Below are positions 10,501 through 21,100 of a DNA stretch of 64,000 nt, piece after piece. The notes beneath the pieces are model-generated. The model was not told the DNA's origin. It saw only the letters and a program-made list of their open reading frames with translations, and searched no databases. Source of the DNA: Corallochytrium limacisporum Hawaii (taxonomy: Eukaryota > Protista > Pluriformea); contig PDIP01000019.1 of NCBI GenBank assembly GCA_002811645.1, positions 334,465 to 398,464 on the forward strand, written 5' to 3'. A program made the position numbers and the translations under genes. Within the stretch, counting starts at the first letter, position 1. The number at the start of each line of letters is the position of its first letter.

Positions 10501-13202
10501 GTGTCAGTAACCATGTTGAGCATTGCTTGGCTCGCACGGCTGAGCTCAGCCATCATGGCTGTCGTATCCTCGTCCTTGCTGTCCACTTTAGAAGACATCT
10601 TCCGCCAGCTGGGAAGAGTAGGTAAGATGAGCATAGAGGTGGGAATTTGACGACGCTGGTGCTCCGGCAGCACACACATCCATAAACTGCGGAAGAGGGT
10701 GGAGCATTGGCCAGCCACAGTTGCACCTGGCACTGTGAATGCTGCCAGATCCTTCTTTTCAATGCTTGCCGGACGGGCGTGGTGTGACGTCCTAAAGTAG
10801 TAGTGCGCCAGCTGAAGATCGAGGATTTCTCTGCTCTGCTGCAGGGACATGTAAGACTCTAAATGGCCTTGGTACCAGTGAGTCATGCTTTCTGGGATAG
10901 ACAACAGACTGGGAGAATCGCAGGTAAATACAAAGGCTGGCTTTGTGCGAGTCGGTCCAATGTCCTTTTCGTATGACGCGTCCTCAATTTGCCGGGCAAT
11001 GAGCCCATAATATTCCATCTGAGTCTTCACCATGTGGTCCTTTTGCGCATTTCTCGACCAGCATAGTTGAAAACAGCTTGCAGACTGCAGCTGCGGAATC
11101 GTTTCTGCAATGTTGGTGTACTTGGTCGGTACCTGTGCTGTGTGGTGAATTTGAAATCCTGCAGGTGGTTGCAAACGAATGAGTTCATGACTCAGCAAAT
11201 GGTCTTGCATACTGTGACAAACATACACCTTCGGGTACACATGCGGAGTTGAGCGCACTTCGTTGATTAAGGCGTAGGCAGCGACGGGCCGGGGTGGTTT
11301 CACAAAGACCTCCACAGAAGCCTGTGAAAACAAGACGAGTCCCCGGAAGAAGAAGTTCACCCGTCCACTGCGCACTTCCCGCTGAGGCCCCTTCTCCTGC
11401 TGACTGTGGGCATCCAGTTGGCCATTGGACAACTGAAATTGCAATTGGACTCCGCTACAAAATTCCTCCCAGGTCAAGCACCGCTCAGCGGGCTTGACCA
11501 CGATGCCTTCGATCTCTACTTTGCACTTGATCTCTAGTTGTCGAGAACTTTGGGCAATGGTCTTTGCAATCTTCTCATCCTTGATACCCTCATTTGTAAG
11601 TACACTCAAGTACTGTGGGCTGACAGAAATGGGAGAATGATACACCTCCTGAGGATACTGCACAAGGAGATCAATCGGCGTTGGCCCTGGGGCCTTAAAG
11701 CGGCTCTTCGTCATCTTTGCCTTGATGCTAGGGGACATGCTCACAACGCTCTGCTTCTCCATGGTCTCTGCCAGAGGTCTGGGAATTTTGATGTCCTTAG
11801 AACTCTTGCTTGCCTCGGGCTTGGCCAAAACAAGTTTGCTTGAGCCTCGCTTGTGCATCACATTCCGCACAAGAGAGGCCAATTCGGTCGGTTCAGGAGC
11901 ATCTGCCAAGTCTCTCTCCGAGGCTTTGGCGGACATAGTTGCACTACGGAGACGCTTCCATCCGCTACCCTTTGTTTGTGTTTGAGGCATGGGTGCGCTC
12001 ATCTCCCGTTCCATTCCCTTTTTTGGAGGATGCAGAGCCAGTTTCGATGTCTTGCGCCCCATAGAAACTTTTTCAGCGTCCATGGTTGATTGCTTTGAAG
12101 TCCTAGAATCTCTCGGGGCAGCTCCAAGCGTGGCAGCCCGGTTTCGAGCTTTTAGGGCCTGCACAACTTTGGTTTCAGGTCCCTTGCTTGCAGCTACCCT
12201 CAATGATACGGCATCGGACTCTTTTGAGACCTCATCATAAAACGGCTCACTTGTATCGGTGTGCAGTGGCGGTGCCGAGGTGGGGGCGTCAGTAGTTGCC
12301 ACCGATGTGTTTCTGAAGAGCATCATTCTCGCAAGTTTTGACTTCTGATTCTTCGTCTGATGAGCTGAGTCTTGGGCACTAGAATGATCCAATGAGGAGC
12401 TGCCTGATGAAATTCGAGGACTCTTTTCGCCCGATTTCCGGCGACCGAACAAGGCAGCGATGTTTGTAAGACTGGCATTCTTCTTTCTCATCTTCATAGG
12501 CTCTGGGGTAGGATGTGCGTCACTGTAAGCGCGCGACGCGCGGCGAGGCGGACACTTCACCATGGAAATGGGTATGGTTTCAGACTCAAGCTCGTAAATA
12601 GGATCCTGAGAGGCCTCTTCTTCGATCCGCTGTGCTTCCTTGCCCTTTATTGAAGCTGGGGTGACCACTTTCGGGGAATTCGTCATAATGTTCTCCACCT
12701 CAACAGAAGACATGATACTGCTGGGTCCCCGGGCAAGCTGTTCGATCCATTGTTCACACAACTCCCCGAGCTTTTCAATTTCGAATTGAGTGCAGAACAC
12801 GAGTAGTTTGCTTAGGATAAATGCTCGTTTAGCTTTCTCAGTGTCTGTGAAGGTAAAGACACCCGTATACATCCACTCCAGTGCCTTGTCAAGAGCTTCT
12901 CCAGTCACATGAAGGTCACTGAGGCGCACTCGCAACCGCCCTTCCTCGTCACGGTCCACTAGTTGGCGAAACAAATCTTCGAACTGGACAGAATGGGCTG
13001 CGAGTACCATGCGGTGCCCGGTGCGAGTCTTCCCCGGATTTGAGGCATCGTCGACGAAGCACAGGTCTGCGAATTGTTTGGTTGCGTATAGTTTGCTTAC
13101 TTCTGCCCCAAATCGGCCCGGAAGTATGACACTACTGCGCTGAGAACCGGGTAGCTCGCTGGGCAGTGAGGCCAGTGAGACCCTTGCAGGCATCTGTGCC
13201 AT
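7515..13202 (-). CDS. Large BTB/POZ-domain protein with acidic disordered C-terminus
   Basis: BTB signature FADLCF...GHRMVLAAHSVQFEDLF...ALEWMYTG...LGELCEQWI. The ORF-track TTG start lies in a predicted UTR intron; likely ATG is 13202 (alternatives 13244, 13337). Confidence 0.8.
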   Translation of the reverse strand: MAQMPARVSLASLPSELPGSQRSSVILPGRFGAEVSKLYATKQFADLCFVDDASNPGKTRTGHRMVLAAHSVQFEDLFRQLVDRDEEGRLRVRLSDLHVTGEALDKALEWMYTGVFTFTDTEKAKRAFILSKLLVFCTQFEIEKLGELCEQWIEQLARGPSSIMSSVEVENIMTNSPKVVTPASIKGKEAQRIEEEASQDPIYELESETIPISMVKCPPRRASRAYSDAHPTPEPMKMRKKNASLTNIAALFGRRKSGEKSPRISSGSSSLDHSSAQDSAHQTKNQKSKLARMMLFRNTSVATTDAPTSAPPLHTDTSEPFYDEVSKESDAVSLRVAASKGPETKVVQALKARNRAATLGAAPRDSRTSKQSTMDAEKVSMGRKTSKLALHPPKKGMEREMSAPMPQTQTKGSGWKRLRSATMSAKASERDLADAPEPTELASLVRNVMHKRGSSKLVLAKPEASKSSKDIKIPRPLAETMEKQSVVSMSPSIKAKMTKSRFKAPGPTPIDLLVQYPQEVYHSPISVSPQYLSVLTNEGIKDEKIAKTIAQSSRQLEIKCKVEIEGIVVKPAERCLTWEEFCSGVQLQFQLSNGQLDAHSQQEKGPQREVRSGRVNFFFRGLVLFSQASVEVFVKPPRPVAAYALINEVRSTPHVYPKVYVCHSMQDHLLSHELIRLQPPAGFQIHHTAQVPTKYTNIAETIPQLQSASCFQLCWSRNAQKDHMVKTQMEYYGLIARQIEDASYEKDIGPTRTKPAFVFTCDSPSLLSIPESMTHWYQGHLESYMSLQQSREILDLQLAHYYFRTSHHARPASIEKKDLAAFTVPGATVAGQCSTLFRSLWMCVLPEHQRRQIPTSMLILPTLPSWRKMSSKVDSKDEDTTAMMAELSRASQAMLNMVTDTNGDDLIENKEYELNFRIHFVCEAHPSHCAPGFGYPMLLTATEMRPLLLLSAATLYLLLHSTAAYSGSLDLPHNIRDEWLRELSTTLQKHLHIDFEDLQEAVMEQLVERIELDLDSINESLFKLQQRYAMVASPQDLWQNNIIRAKPSNADDIVFLCRSHFNERLVQEYSTEVSAMHADLVNQGLRATTQRNLGPGALSTLNAAPDGSQQPAGANIEVLSDALTKMSRTDFLSPLMSSLQEMREENQTVLEALRTLQQSSSPELKRKSKTKLTDIGVGSELARLSLAEQLSAMEASKSMSPAHVSVASGLCAKEDLHSSLDKEPNKSSGSGHQGTSESIQHEDNMDEDAFEESHLHIEDAAATLSHFSHVLDDSASEGATAKDLLPSRTRHSGGIDDQITEESEAIQQEVVDAQSLSTPQKVQVGPTMPISSSGFDHPDFVRHVDPTDEDRESGRGSFSHEDETYLRVHGLDTADAPGAAEKTPQRPEQEVEADLGKFHTPAMLLRQPGKTEVVSAEREAEEVDEAEHRGSDELERMVGMLRVGEAKIPSSDLSEKGESMSESGALPRKESMSLPTLPLTREQSNPVSYVPNRRSPVVMPVQVLESENNRPRRSSPPPTIMEDEGASTIVDDRSARASMDIESQGGETVTPQDDQTMDAVDKELDPVGELLELNEEDVTLTEANGVNMPPMPTDNMDVTDSADVEPSSAEGVRTASNEIRSPTPLPRENNSADDEEIEEVPSSPPGSTQPPALRQLSFSESTAVSTGGLVSPGRTAGLSRFAVQVLPRHPAATPDMDVVEHREESDAQDMLEHEAEHEGPGPMSEDSRPTIYDTDEEHFANAAHEDEGDEDERTLAHEQGDEEEEGSTVRAEEEIQGVAAAATVAMEHEGDDAHEDERETPTPLGESVESPAGFRLSLEQIAQVHNQQEEPTSEEDVEDDNEDDSETDGEEQPTGPPPAPRGGGRFRFSFSLPVEDLPDNEDSEHSSSEEHLTKG

Positions 13203-13374
13203 TTCGCCTCGATATTTACTTATGGATTTCGAGAACTCTCTCATGCTCCCGAGCCTCCGTACTATGAAGGTGGTAGGGTCACCACACACAGTTTCCCACT
13301 TGAAACCGAAATACCAACTCCAAAAGTGAGCGATCATGAGTCCATTTGACACCCACGGACAGCGGATATATGTC

Positions 13375-13422
13375 CTGGAGAGGAAAGGAAAGTCCGCCAA
13401 GCAAAGACAACTTATCCCTTAC
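13375..13422 (-). other. Predicted 48-nt spliceosomal intron in the 5' UTR of the BTB gene
   Basis: Minus strand reads GTAAGG...GACTTTCCTTTCCTCTCCAG|G: canonical donor, polypyrimidine tract and CAG acceptor. Confidence 0.6.
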
Positions 13423-14532
13423 GTTGACAATGTGTTAGGACGCCTTCACCACCGAGACCCACCCCCTCCATTCTTCTCAATATTTTGGGCCCCCGCTGGT
13501 GAGCCCCATAACATATTACTCGAAGACTTTTCATCTTAGTTCGTCGAATTCATGGTCCCTTTGTATTTTGAAAGGGGATCAACTTCGGAAACCTCCCCCT
13601 GGTTTTCCTCCGCAACCGCCACCATACCGGGCACATTTCGTTCGCCTCCCACTTTGCCTTTCTGGCCCGTAACACGCAAATTCAGCTACTTTTGGTATGC
13701 AGCCGACCCTTGGATCCCCTTAGTCCCTACACTCTCTTTGAATCCCTCCCGCCAAAAAAAACCGGACCCAATAGTTCGGATCGGGGCCTTCAGTATTTCA
13801 GTAAATACCGAAGCGACGAGAAGGACCGATTGGCCCAGGCTCACAATATTCTGCCACCGTTGCCACTGCTCCCAACCTTCGTTCGCTCCTCCCCGCCTAA
13901 GCCTCCGGAAGTCGAAATATGATGTGATTCAAAATATTGTTCGAATCAATTCCATAGCCATAGGAAACTGTGGAGTTGAGTGAGGGTGATCCACTCAATA
14001 GTGAATGTACTCTGATTTCGAGATCACTGTTTTCCCTCAGCTTTCTCGGGCGCCCGAAAAGCCAAAACACTGGAAGTGGAAAAGGGGAAGGGCTCCCTCG
14101 CGGGCAGCCAATTGCCCACTGTGGGTGTGCACTGGCTGCGCTTGGGGAGAGAGCCCGAGAAGGCAGACGAGGGCAACAGCCAGCACAAATGAGCGTACGG
14201 ACTGTGGAAAAGAGCGGAGTCGTTGGGGGCTGGACTTCCAGTACTTTCGGTACGGCCGGAGAAGTGACGCGGCAACTACAGGACGAGTGGGCCGCCAAGG
14301 CGAAACAAAGCACTCACGGTGATGTTGTCCAAAATTCTTTGTTCCTTGGGTGCGTTAAAATCAACGTGCACATAACTTCGTGGAGTGCCCTAAACATTTC
14401 ATTTCAAATGAAGTGATCCCAGCCATGTAGTTATTTAAGGTCGCTCAGGAACTGAATGGGCAAATAACGAAACAAAAAGTCAACAATCGGGTATAAATTT
14501 TCAATACAGGTTGGGACTAGATTCGTTGCATA

Positions 14533-15294
14533 ATGACCGAGCAGCAGCAATTGTTTGAGTCTTGGGGCAAGGCACACCCATTGCAGTCCCAGATCAACAG
14601 CATTTCTAGGGGATATGGTGAGCCCACGAAGCACACATTGTCCCCCACGGTGACAGGAACCAGCGTCCTGGGACTGCGGTGCAGTGACGGGGTAATCATT
14701 GCTGCTGACACACTCGGGTCATACGGTTCTATGGCCCGCTTTATGAATGTAAGTCGTCTACATCAGGCCGGATCACACGCTTGTCTTGGAGCCTCCGGTG
14801 ACTATGCCGATTTCCAGCAGCTCAAGGACATTATTGATGACATGGTCATTGCCGATAAATCCCGCGATGACGGCCACGTCCTGAAGCCGCGCTCCATATT
14901 TGCATACCTCGGACGTCTGATGTATTCCAAGCGCAGTCGGTTTGAGCCTCTTTGGAATGCTCTGGTCTTTGGAGGTTTCCAGGACGGTAAACCGTTCCTC
15001 GGCTTTGAAGATAAGATTGGTGTCTGCTACGAGGACCAGGTCATTAGCACCGGCTTCGGACAGTACTTGGGTGCCCCTCTCTTGCGTGAGAAGGTTGATG
15101 AGAAGGGTGAGCTGACCGTCGCCGAGGGCAAGGAACTCATTAACAATGTGCTGCGTGTGCTTAACTACCGTGATGCCCGAAGCTTTAACCGCTACGAAAT
15201 GGCCATCGTGACCGAGAAGGGCGTCGAGGTCAGCGAACCTTACACCTTGGACACCAACTGGGAGGTTGGAACAATGTTTACTGGCTACGAATAG
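14533..15294 (+). CDS. PSMB4: 20S proteasome subunit beta type-4 (beta7/Pre4)
   Basis: PTVTGTSVLG, AADTLGSYGSMARF, GASGDYADFQ, RSRFEPLWN and YRDARS motifs. Confidence 0.96.
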   Translation: MTEQQQLFESWGKAHPLQSQINSISRGYGEPTKHTLSPTVTGTSVLGLRCSDGVIIAADTLGSYGSMARFMNVSRLHQAGSHACLGASGDYADFQQLKDIIDDMVIADKSRDDGHVLKPRSIFAYLGRLMYSKRSRFEPLWNALVFGGFQDGKPFLGFEDKIGVCYEDQVISTGFGQYLGAPLLREKVDEKGELTVAEGKELINNVLRVLNYRDARSFNRYEMAIVTEKGVEVSEPYTLDTNWEVGTMFTGYE

Positions 15295-15395
15295 ATCAAA
15301 CAAAAAGCACAATATCTAACTTCTGGATACTTTAAGAACATAAGGTGTTTTAATAGAAATCGCTTACATGACCACCATGGTATACTATGTCCGCC

Positions 15396-16328
15396 TTAGT
15401 CGTCTGCGTACTGATCATCTGCTTTGTTGCTCCAACCGATCCCGAATGTATCCGCAAACAGGTGGCCTAAGCGTCGTTCTTCTAGAAAGTGCTTCAAGTC
15501 ACTGGGTGATTCGAAGGATAGTTCGCCTAGAAATCGTTCAGACTTGAAGGCTGCATCTGTGTCTGGGTTCTCCAGAACTTCATAGGACCGGGTAGTGATT
15601 CGTTGCCACTGCCATGACTTAACCACTTTGCAAAAGTCACTGACCGCCCGTTCCGGGCCTTCTACAATGACCATGCCCGGCTTGCCTGGTTTGCAGAACC
15701 CACCAAGTCTCTGATCCGCGGCCTCCTGGAGAATATTGGCCCGCTTTTTTTTACTGTATATGTGGTGCATGTAGAGCACTTCACGAGTGATGCGCCCGGC
15801 TGGGCTCTGATTGACGGCGTCTAGTGCTTTCGTTGGCTTCGGAGGGTCCACAAAAGCAATGATATGTTCCTGAAGCCACGGTAGAAGCTGGGCAAGAACA
15901 CCTTCCCCGTTGCCACCGTCTAGCGGACTGAGAGTAAGATGCCCATCGTCTGGGGCTTGCGATTCTCCGCGGTGCAGTAGGACATGCATGCATTGCTGGA
16001 ACTCCATCTGTCTGGCCCGTGGGAACCATTCTGAGTGCTCGAGCCGAACCTCCGGCGCGGTCTGTGCAAGCGGAGCCAATGGATAGGTTGAAGGGAGGTC
16101 AATGATCACTATGGCCTTGATCAGTCGATCCGGTTCTGTGTCCCCGAGTAGAGTCTTCAGACCAATTGCCTGTCGCAGATCTTTCGCCCGGGCCAGATCA
16201 TATTCTGCTTGCAAGCGAAACGTCAATTCTGTCAGGTCAGAAATGTTTCGAATCGTACACTCTTCCGGGTACATGGCCTGGAGAAGTTCCATCTCCTGGG
16301 CCCGTGGCCCCTCGTTTTCAAGTGTCAT
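15396..16328 (-). CDS. RWDD2: RWD domain-containing protein 2-like (RWD + DUF1115)
   Basis: N-terminal EMELLQAMYP and LPSTYP RWD motifs; C-terminal HHIYSKKKR..LGGFCKPGKPGMVIVEG..WQW motif. First ATG at 16328. Confidence 0.85.
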   Translation of the reverse strand: MTLENEGPRAQEMELLQAMYPEECTIRNISDLTELTFRLQAEYDLARAKDLRQAIGLKTLLGDTEPDRLIKAIVIIDLPSTYPLAPLAQTAPEVRLEHSEWFPRARQMEFQQCMHVLLHRGESQAPDDGHLTLSPLDGGNGEGVLAQLLPWLQEHIIAFVDPPKPTKALDAVNQSPAGRITREVLYMHHIYSKKKRANILQEAADQRLGGFCKPGKPGMVIVEGPERAVSDFCKVVKSWQWQRITTRSYEVLENPDTDAAFKSERFLGELSFESPSDLKHFLEERRLGHLFADTFGIGWSNKADDQYADD

Positions 16329-16550
16329 GATCCCGCAAATATCAACATGTTTCACAAGAGCGACAATATGATGAACAGTAAATGAGGTATTTATTTATTT
16401 CTTTACAACTGAAACAGTGTGTCATATCTGTGTTTCAAATAAGTGTTATGAATGTCAACTATGTGCTGAAAACAAAAAATTAGAAAGGGGGTAAAATGGC
16501 CAACTAAAAGAGAATTGGATGAAGAGGGCCCCACCTCAGGTATTCAGATC

Positions 16551-18170
16551 CTACTGCACTGGCATGATATCCTTTGTGGAAGTGGGGCGGCTGCCTGAGA
16601 AAACCTCCGCGGCCTGCGGCGGAGCGATCTCACCACCAGCGACAATTTCTCCCTCATCATCAGGAAGCAGTTCGCTGATGGCCATATGCGCTTCGGATCC
16701 TTTCTTCTCGCCGTCCATGAGGTGGACGCGGCTACCCATGCGAGACGCGCGGGTGGCAAGGACTTCCTTGACATCCACTTCTGGCATGAAGCGCATGCAG
16801 AACACAAGGATACCACCGACGATCATAGCCATACCAGAGATGATGAATGCCAGCTCCGGCTTGTCATCATACAGAGCACCCGCGGTAACCGGACCGGCCA
16901 GGTTACCAAAGGCAATGCCAAACATAACGGTACCCATGGTCGATGTCAGGTCGTCCAACCCGAACAAGTCGGCAACGATAACCGGGTTTAGGCTCACAAA
17001 GCCACCGGCAAACAAACCGTAGTACACGGAGAAGATGGCCACGCTCCATTCCTCGGTGCAGAGGGGCCACCAGAGCATGCCCGCACCAGCAATTACCAGG
17101 CAAACATAGAACGTCCTCAGACGGCCCAGACGGTCCGCAAAGTGACCCAGCGTGATCCGACCCACGGCAGAACCACCGTTGATCAAACCAAGCGCCAGGG
17201 CACCGAACGAGGCACTTAGGCCTTGGTCCTCTGCCCAGGTTGGAACAAAGAAGAACGGCACGAGGTAGCCAAACGAGGCAAACAAGTTAGCTGTGAACAG
17301 CAAGGAAAACCGCGGGACCTTGAACATTTCCAGCTTCAGCCGCTTCACGTTCGGATCGCGTGGCACGCGGAATTCAGCAAAGTATGCGGCGGTCATGAGG
17401 GTGCAGAAACTAAGTCCAGCGAAGATACGGAACGTCCAATCGGTGCCAACAGTCTCGATGAGAGCTTCACTTAGCGGGCCCATGATGAAGCCACCGATAC
17501 CACTGCCAGCAACAGCAATACCGGTCATCAAGCCCTTGCGGCGATCGTACCACTGCGAGACCATGGCCACGGATGGGAAATAGGCGAGCGAGTTACCAAT
17601 GCCAATCAGCGCCCCATAAGTAATGTACAAATGCCAGACTTCGGTAGTAAAGCTACTGAGTACTAGTCCGGTGACCTGGAACATGGAGCCCAGTGCAATC
17701 ATTTTCCTTGGTCCGAACATGTCTGCCAGAAACCCTGACAATGGCCCCAATGCAATCATGAGCGCGAGAGACATGGACCCAGGCCACGCCAGCTCAGCTT
17801 CAGAAGCACCAAACTCATCCTCGAACTCCTTTAGGAACACACCCCATGAGTATCCCAGTCCTAAAACTATGAAATGGACAAGGAAAGAGGACAAGACGAT
17901 CCTGTAACCATACCGTGAGTCGACCAGCTCTGCCCTTGGGCCTGTGGGACCGTCGGCTTGGGCCTCAACATCGCTCGATGAGATGGACGACCCGCTTCCT
18001 TCCCTTCTGCTCTGTTCCTGCTTGCGCTGTTCATTTTCCATAATCTCACGGATCTCCTGGATCTCGATTTCTTCTGTATTGGTCGAGCGGCGACCGAGAA
18101 GTGCTACATCGCTGGCGATGGACACACCAGTCAGCCGCAGGTCGTTGCTTTCCCGTGGTTCAGTAGCCAT
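16551..18170 (-). CDS. MFS monocarboxylate transporter (SLC16/MCT family)
   Basis: DSRYGYRIVLSSF, GFLADMFGPR, QWYDRRKGLMTGIAVAGSGIGG and GRITLGHFADRLGR motifs; 12 TM segments. Confidence 0.92.
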   Translation of the reverse strand: MATEPRESNDLRLTGVSIASDVALLGRRSTNTEEIEIQEIREIMENEQRKQEQSRREGSGSSISSSDVEAQADGPTGPRAELVDSRYGYRIVLSSFLVHFIVLGLGYSWGVFLKEFEDEFGASEAELAWPGSMSLALMIALGPLSGFLADMFGPRKMIALGSMFQVTGLVLSSFTTEVWHLYITYGALIGIGNSLAYFPSVAMVSQWYDRRKGLMTGIAVAGSGIGGFIMGPLSEALIETVGTDWTFRIFAGLSFCTLMTAAYFAEFRVPRDPNVKRLKLEMFKVPRFSLLFTANLFASFGYLVPFFFVPTWAEDQGLSASFGALALGLINGGSAVGRITLGHFADRLGRLRTFYVCLVIAGAGMLWWPLCTEEWSVAIFSVYYGLFAGGFVSLNPVIVADLFGLDDLTSTMGTVMFGIAFGNLAGPVTAGALYDDKPELAFIISGMAMIVGGILVFCMRFMPEVDVKEVLATRASRMGSRVHLMDGEKKGSEAHMAISELLPDDEGEIVAGGEIAPPQAAEVFSGSRPTSTKDIMPVQ

Positions 18171-21100
18171 GACTATTTCAAAATATCACAGAACCCGAGG
18201 GTCTTCCTTCTAGCTACAACTAAAATTGCTTTCTCCCTTTGGATCGAAAGCGATCAATTCGAACTAGTTCCACACTAAATATTCTATCACAACACTATGT
18301 TGCCCAGGGAAACCTACATAACGCAAATGTGTATGGCATGTTGAAGCCCTGTCTCCCAGATTAAGTACCAGAGCTGCGTACTATGATCCTGGGAAAGGAA
18401 TGCAACCGTGCATCAAACTCCAAAATGGAGAACAGCGCAGGAACACTTGCGTCCACACTAACATCCACCTGAACTCGAGCACACAGCCCAATACCACCAT
18501 GTTGACGGGGACAGGCGTGCACAGTGGGGCGCCACTGTGTGTGCTCGTCCGCAGTGGAATCTCTATCCAGAGCAACTCAGTCGCTCTGGCTCGCCACCGT
18601 TTCCGAAACTCCTCGCTGGCATCTCGTGACCGACCGCCCCTGGATTCCCCCTCAATCCTTTATTTCCAAGAGTTCTCAAATGCCGCGGTATGGCGAAACC
18701 CGTCCCATCTATGAAAAATGTACCGGCCAAAATCTTTCTGGCAATTCGTTAAGCGAGAAACTTTCGTCCGATCGGTGGAGAGGCAAACCCCGAAAAACCG
18801 GAGCTCGACGGGCACACGGAGAGCGGGAACGCACTCGCAAGCCAAAAAAGACCAAAATCGGGGGAGAGGGAGGCGGAGGAAAGGGGGGAAGGACACGGAC
18901 CCATTCCAGAGAGGTCTCACAGAATATTAGATTTAAATATGTAGAGAGTCACATAGAACTGTATACATTTAGTATAAAACTGTACAGTCGGTGTCTTTGG
19001 ATATTTTGGCAGAGGGGGGGGAAGAAGAGGCACAGAGAGACAGAGAAGGGGGGGGGGACCCTTCCCCTCCCTCCCCCACCCCCGCGCTCCCCCTTTTGCT
19101 ATCCCAATTTTCTCTCCGCCCGCTCCGTGGGCTGATGCGGTTGGGTTTCAATTGTGCAGTACATTTTATATAGACAATAACATAAAGAAGGCTCTCCAGG
19201 CGCCCCGACGCACGAAAGAATCCTTGTTCCGTGGTGTGTGTCCCCCTAAATTTCTGTTCGGGGGCTCACGGGGATCTAGTGCCCAGCTTTCCCTACCAAT
19301 TCATCACCCAGCCGATGCAAGTGTGATCCTGCTGCTGCTGGTGCTGCTGCGGCCATGCTCCAACATGGTACACAGTGGTCCACGCAGTGGTTGCCGTTCA
19401 ACAAAGAAGCACACATGGAGCTGTTGTCGACAGCCCCATGCACGCAAGGCTTCACAATTACTACAACGCCCGCACACAAAGCCATTGCATTCGGAGATGT
19501 CCATTAAACGTCAAAGGTACGAATTGTGCAAGAACGCTCGTTTGGGTTCAACGCCCGGCACACCCATTCATCGGTACGCTTGGGAGCATCGCCGGGGTAG
19601 TTCCTTAGGATGGCGATGACGATGGGTACACAATCGAACGAGTGAAGGGAAAGCAGTCTACATCGAAATACGCAAGGCCCAGGGTGCAGCGCCCATTTAC
19701 AAGAAATCTCCCTTTTTTGTTTTGCTTTTGGTTGGCAGCCAGGCCCTGGGGTTCACGTCGCTGCTCCTCCTCCTTTGTCGTCACATGTAGTAGGTGGTAC
19801 AGCCAATACCCCTGGGTGGCGCCCTACCGGCATGATCACGCTGTGTACACATCCCACTGCTACTTAACCCCGGGTAAACAAAAAAAAAAGGAGGAGTGAA
19901 ACATCATCATCGCCCGGCCCCGGCGGTATTAGTACTCCCGCTCCCCTTTTGATTTATTTCTATTTTGGAGGAACATTTCTTTTCTTATGAGAGGATTAAA
20001 GAACCCTTCCTTTTCTATTTTCTGTTTTCTAATTATCCCTGGGAGTCTTTCGACCTTCCTCTACCACACACACACCCACACACACACACACTCTCTCTCC
20101 CTCCCTCTCTTTCTTCTCCTTCCCCCTTTAGTCTTTGTCCTATTTTTTTTCCTTTCCTTGTACTCGAACCTGCGTTTTTCTCCCGTGTGTGTATATATGG
20201 TCTGCGTAAGCTCCGCTAATCGGTTCCAATATCGATGGGGCTTGCTAAGCTTTTTGTCCTCGGTCGTCATAGAGTTCCGCATTTCAATATCGATACTGAG
20301 GCTGCGGGTATTGGCCTTGTGGTCCACCAAACGGATTCTTCATACTTTTTCCTTGGTCGGTGTCTCTCTCGCTTTTTCTTTATTCTTGGGCAGCGGGCTC
20401 CCCTCCTTCTTTCTTTTTTTTTCTTTTTTTTTGGGGGGGGGGTTCTTGGTATCCGAACATTCCTTGTTTTCTTCCTTCATTTTTTGTTTCCTTGGCCCAA
20501 CGCCCCGCTCCCTGGGTCTCGCCTTGTCCGTTTTGTTCATTTCTCTCTGGTCGCAGTGACAGACTCTGTCCTGGCAGCAGCAGCAGGGAAGTCTCCTCCC
20601 AAACAAAAAGAAAAAGGGAAGAACGCAAGAGGCGAGGACTACCCCGGGGAAGTGTCACACGTACCCAAGAGAACCCTCTCTCTCTTCTCTTCTCTCTGTC
20701 ACAAACACACACTCCGTAGGTACCGCCGAAAAAATCGCGCAGCAACCGGGAGAAAGGACACGGAGGAAAAGGAAACTGCCGCGGTCGGGCGGAATGTGGG
20801 TCCTTTTTTTTGTCGTTGTGGTGGTGGTGTGTGATACCGCAGAGAGTGGAGGTGGTGTATGAGTGTGTGGAGAGGCGGAGGTGGCTTTGGGTAGTTAGTG
20901 AATGAATGAAACAGTTAGACTCTGGCTTTGGTCCTGCTCTTTCTTTCGTGTGTCCCCGCCCCTTCTTCCCTCTCCGCCCTTTTTTCCTTATTATCCGGCG
21001 TTGTCCTCTTTGGTAGTCATCGGTTTCGGTCGCCCTGCTATCAGCGCACTCTCCGTCTTTTTTTTTTCCCTTGTGGCTCTTCTTTTGTCTCTCTCACCAG

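Noticed and set aside
13203-13400. N-terminal extensions from TTG/GTG starts in the ORF track (BTB 13400; also RWDD2 16355, APTX 50588, PRRC2 62291)
   Set aside because: The context is eukaryotic, the extensions lack homology-like content, and the BTB one begins inside a predicted UTR intron. Downstream ATGs were used instead.
20160-20175. Minus-strand GCAGGTTCGAGT, resembling a tRNA T-arm or B-box
   Set aside because: I found no complementary 3' T-stem or acceptor strand nearby, with or without a BHB intron.
20061-20330. Minus-strand ORF containing HTGEK, which resembles a C2H2 zinc-finger linker
   Set aside because: There are no Cys/His ligands in register, the motif arises from an AC-rich low-complexity stretch, and the start is non-ATG.
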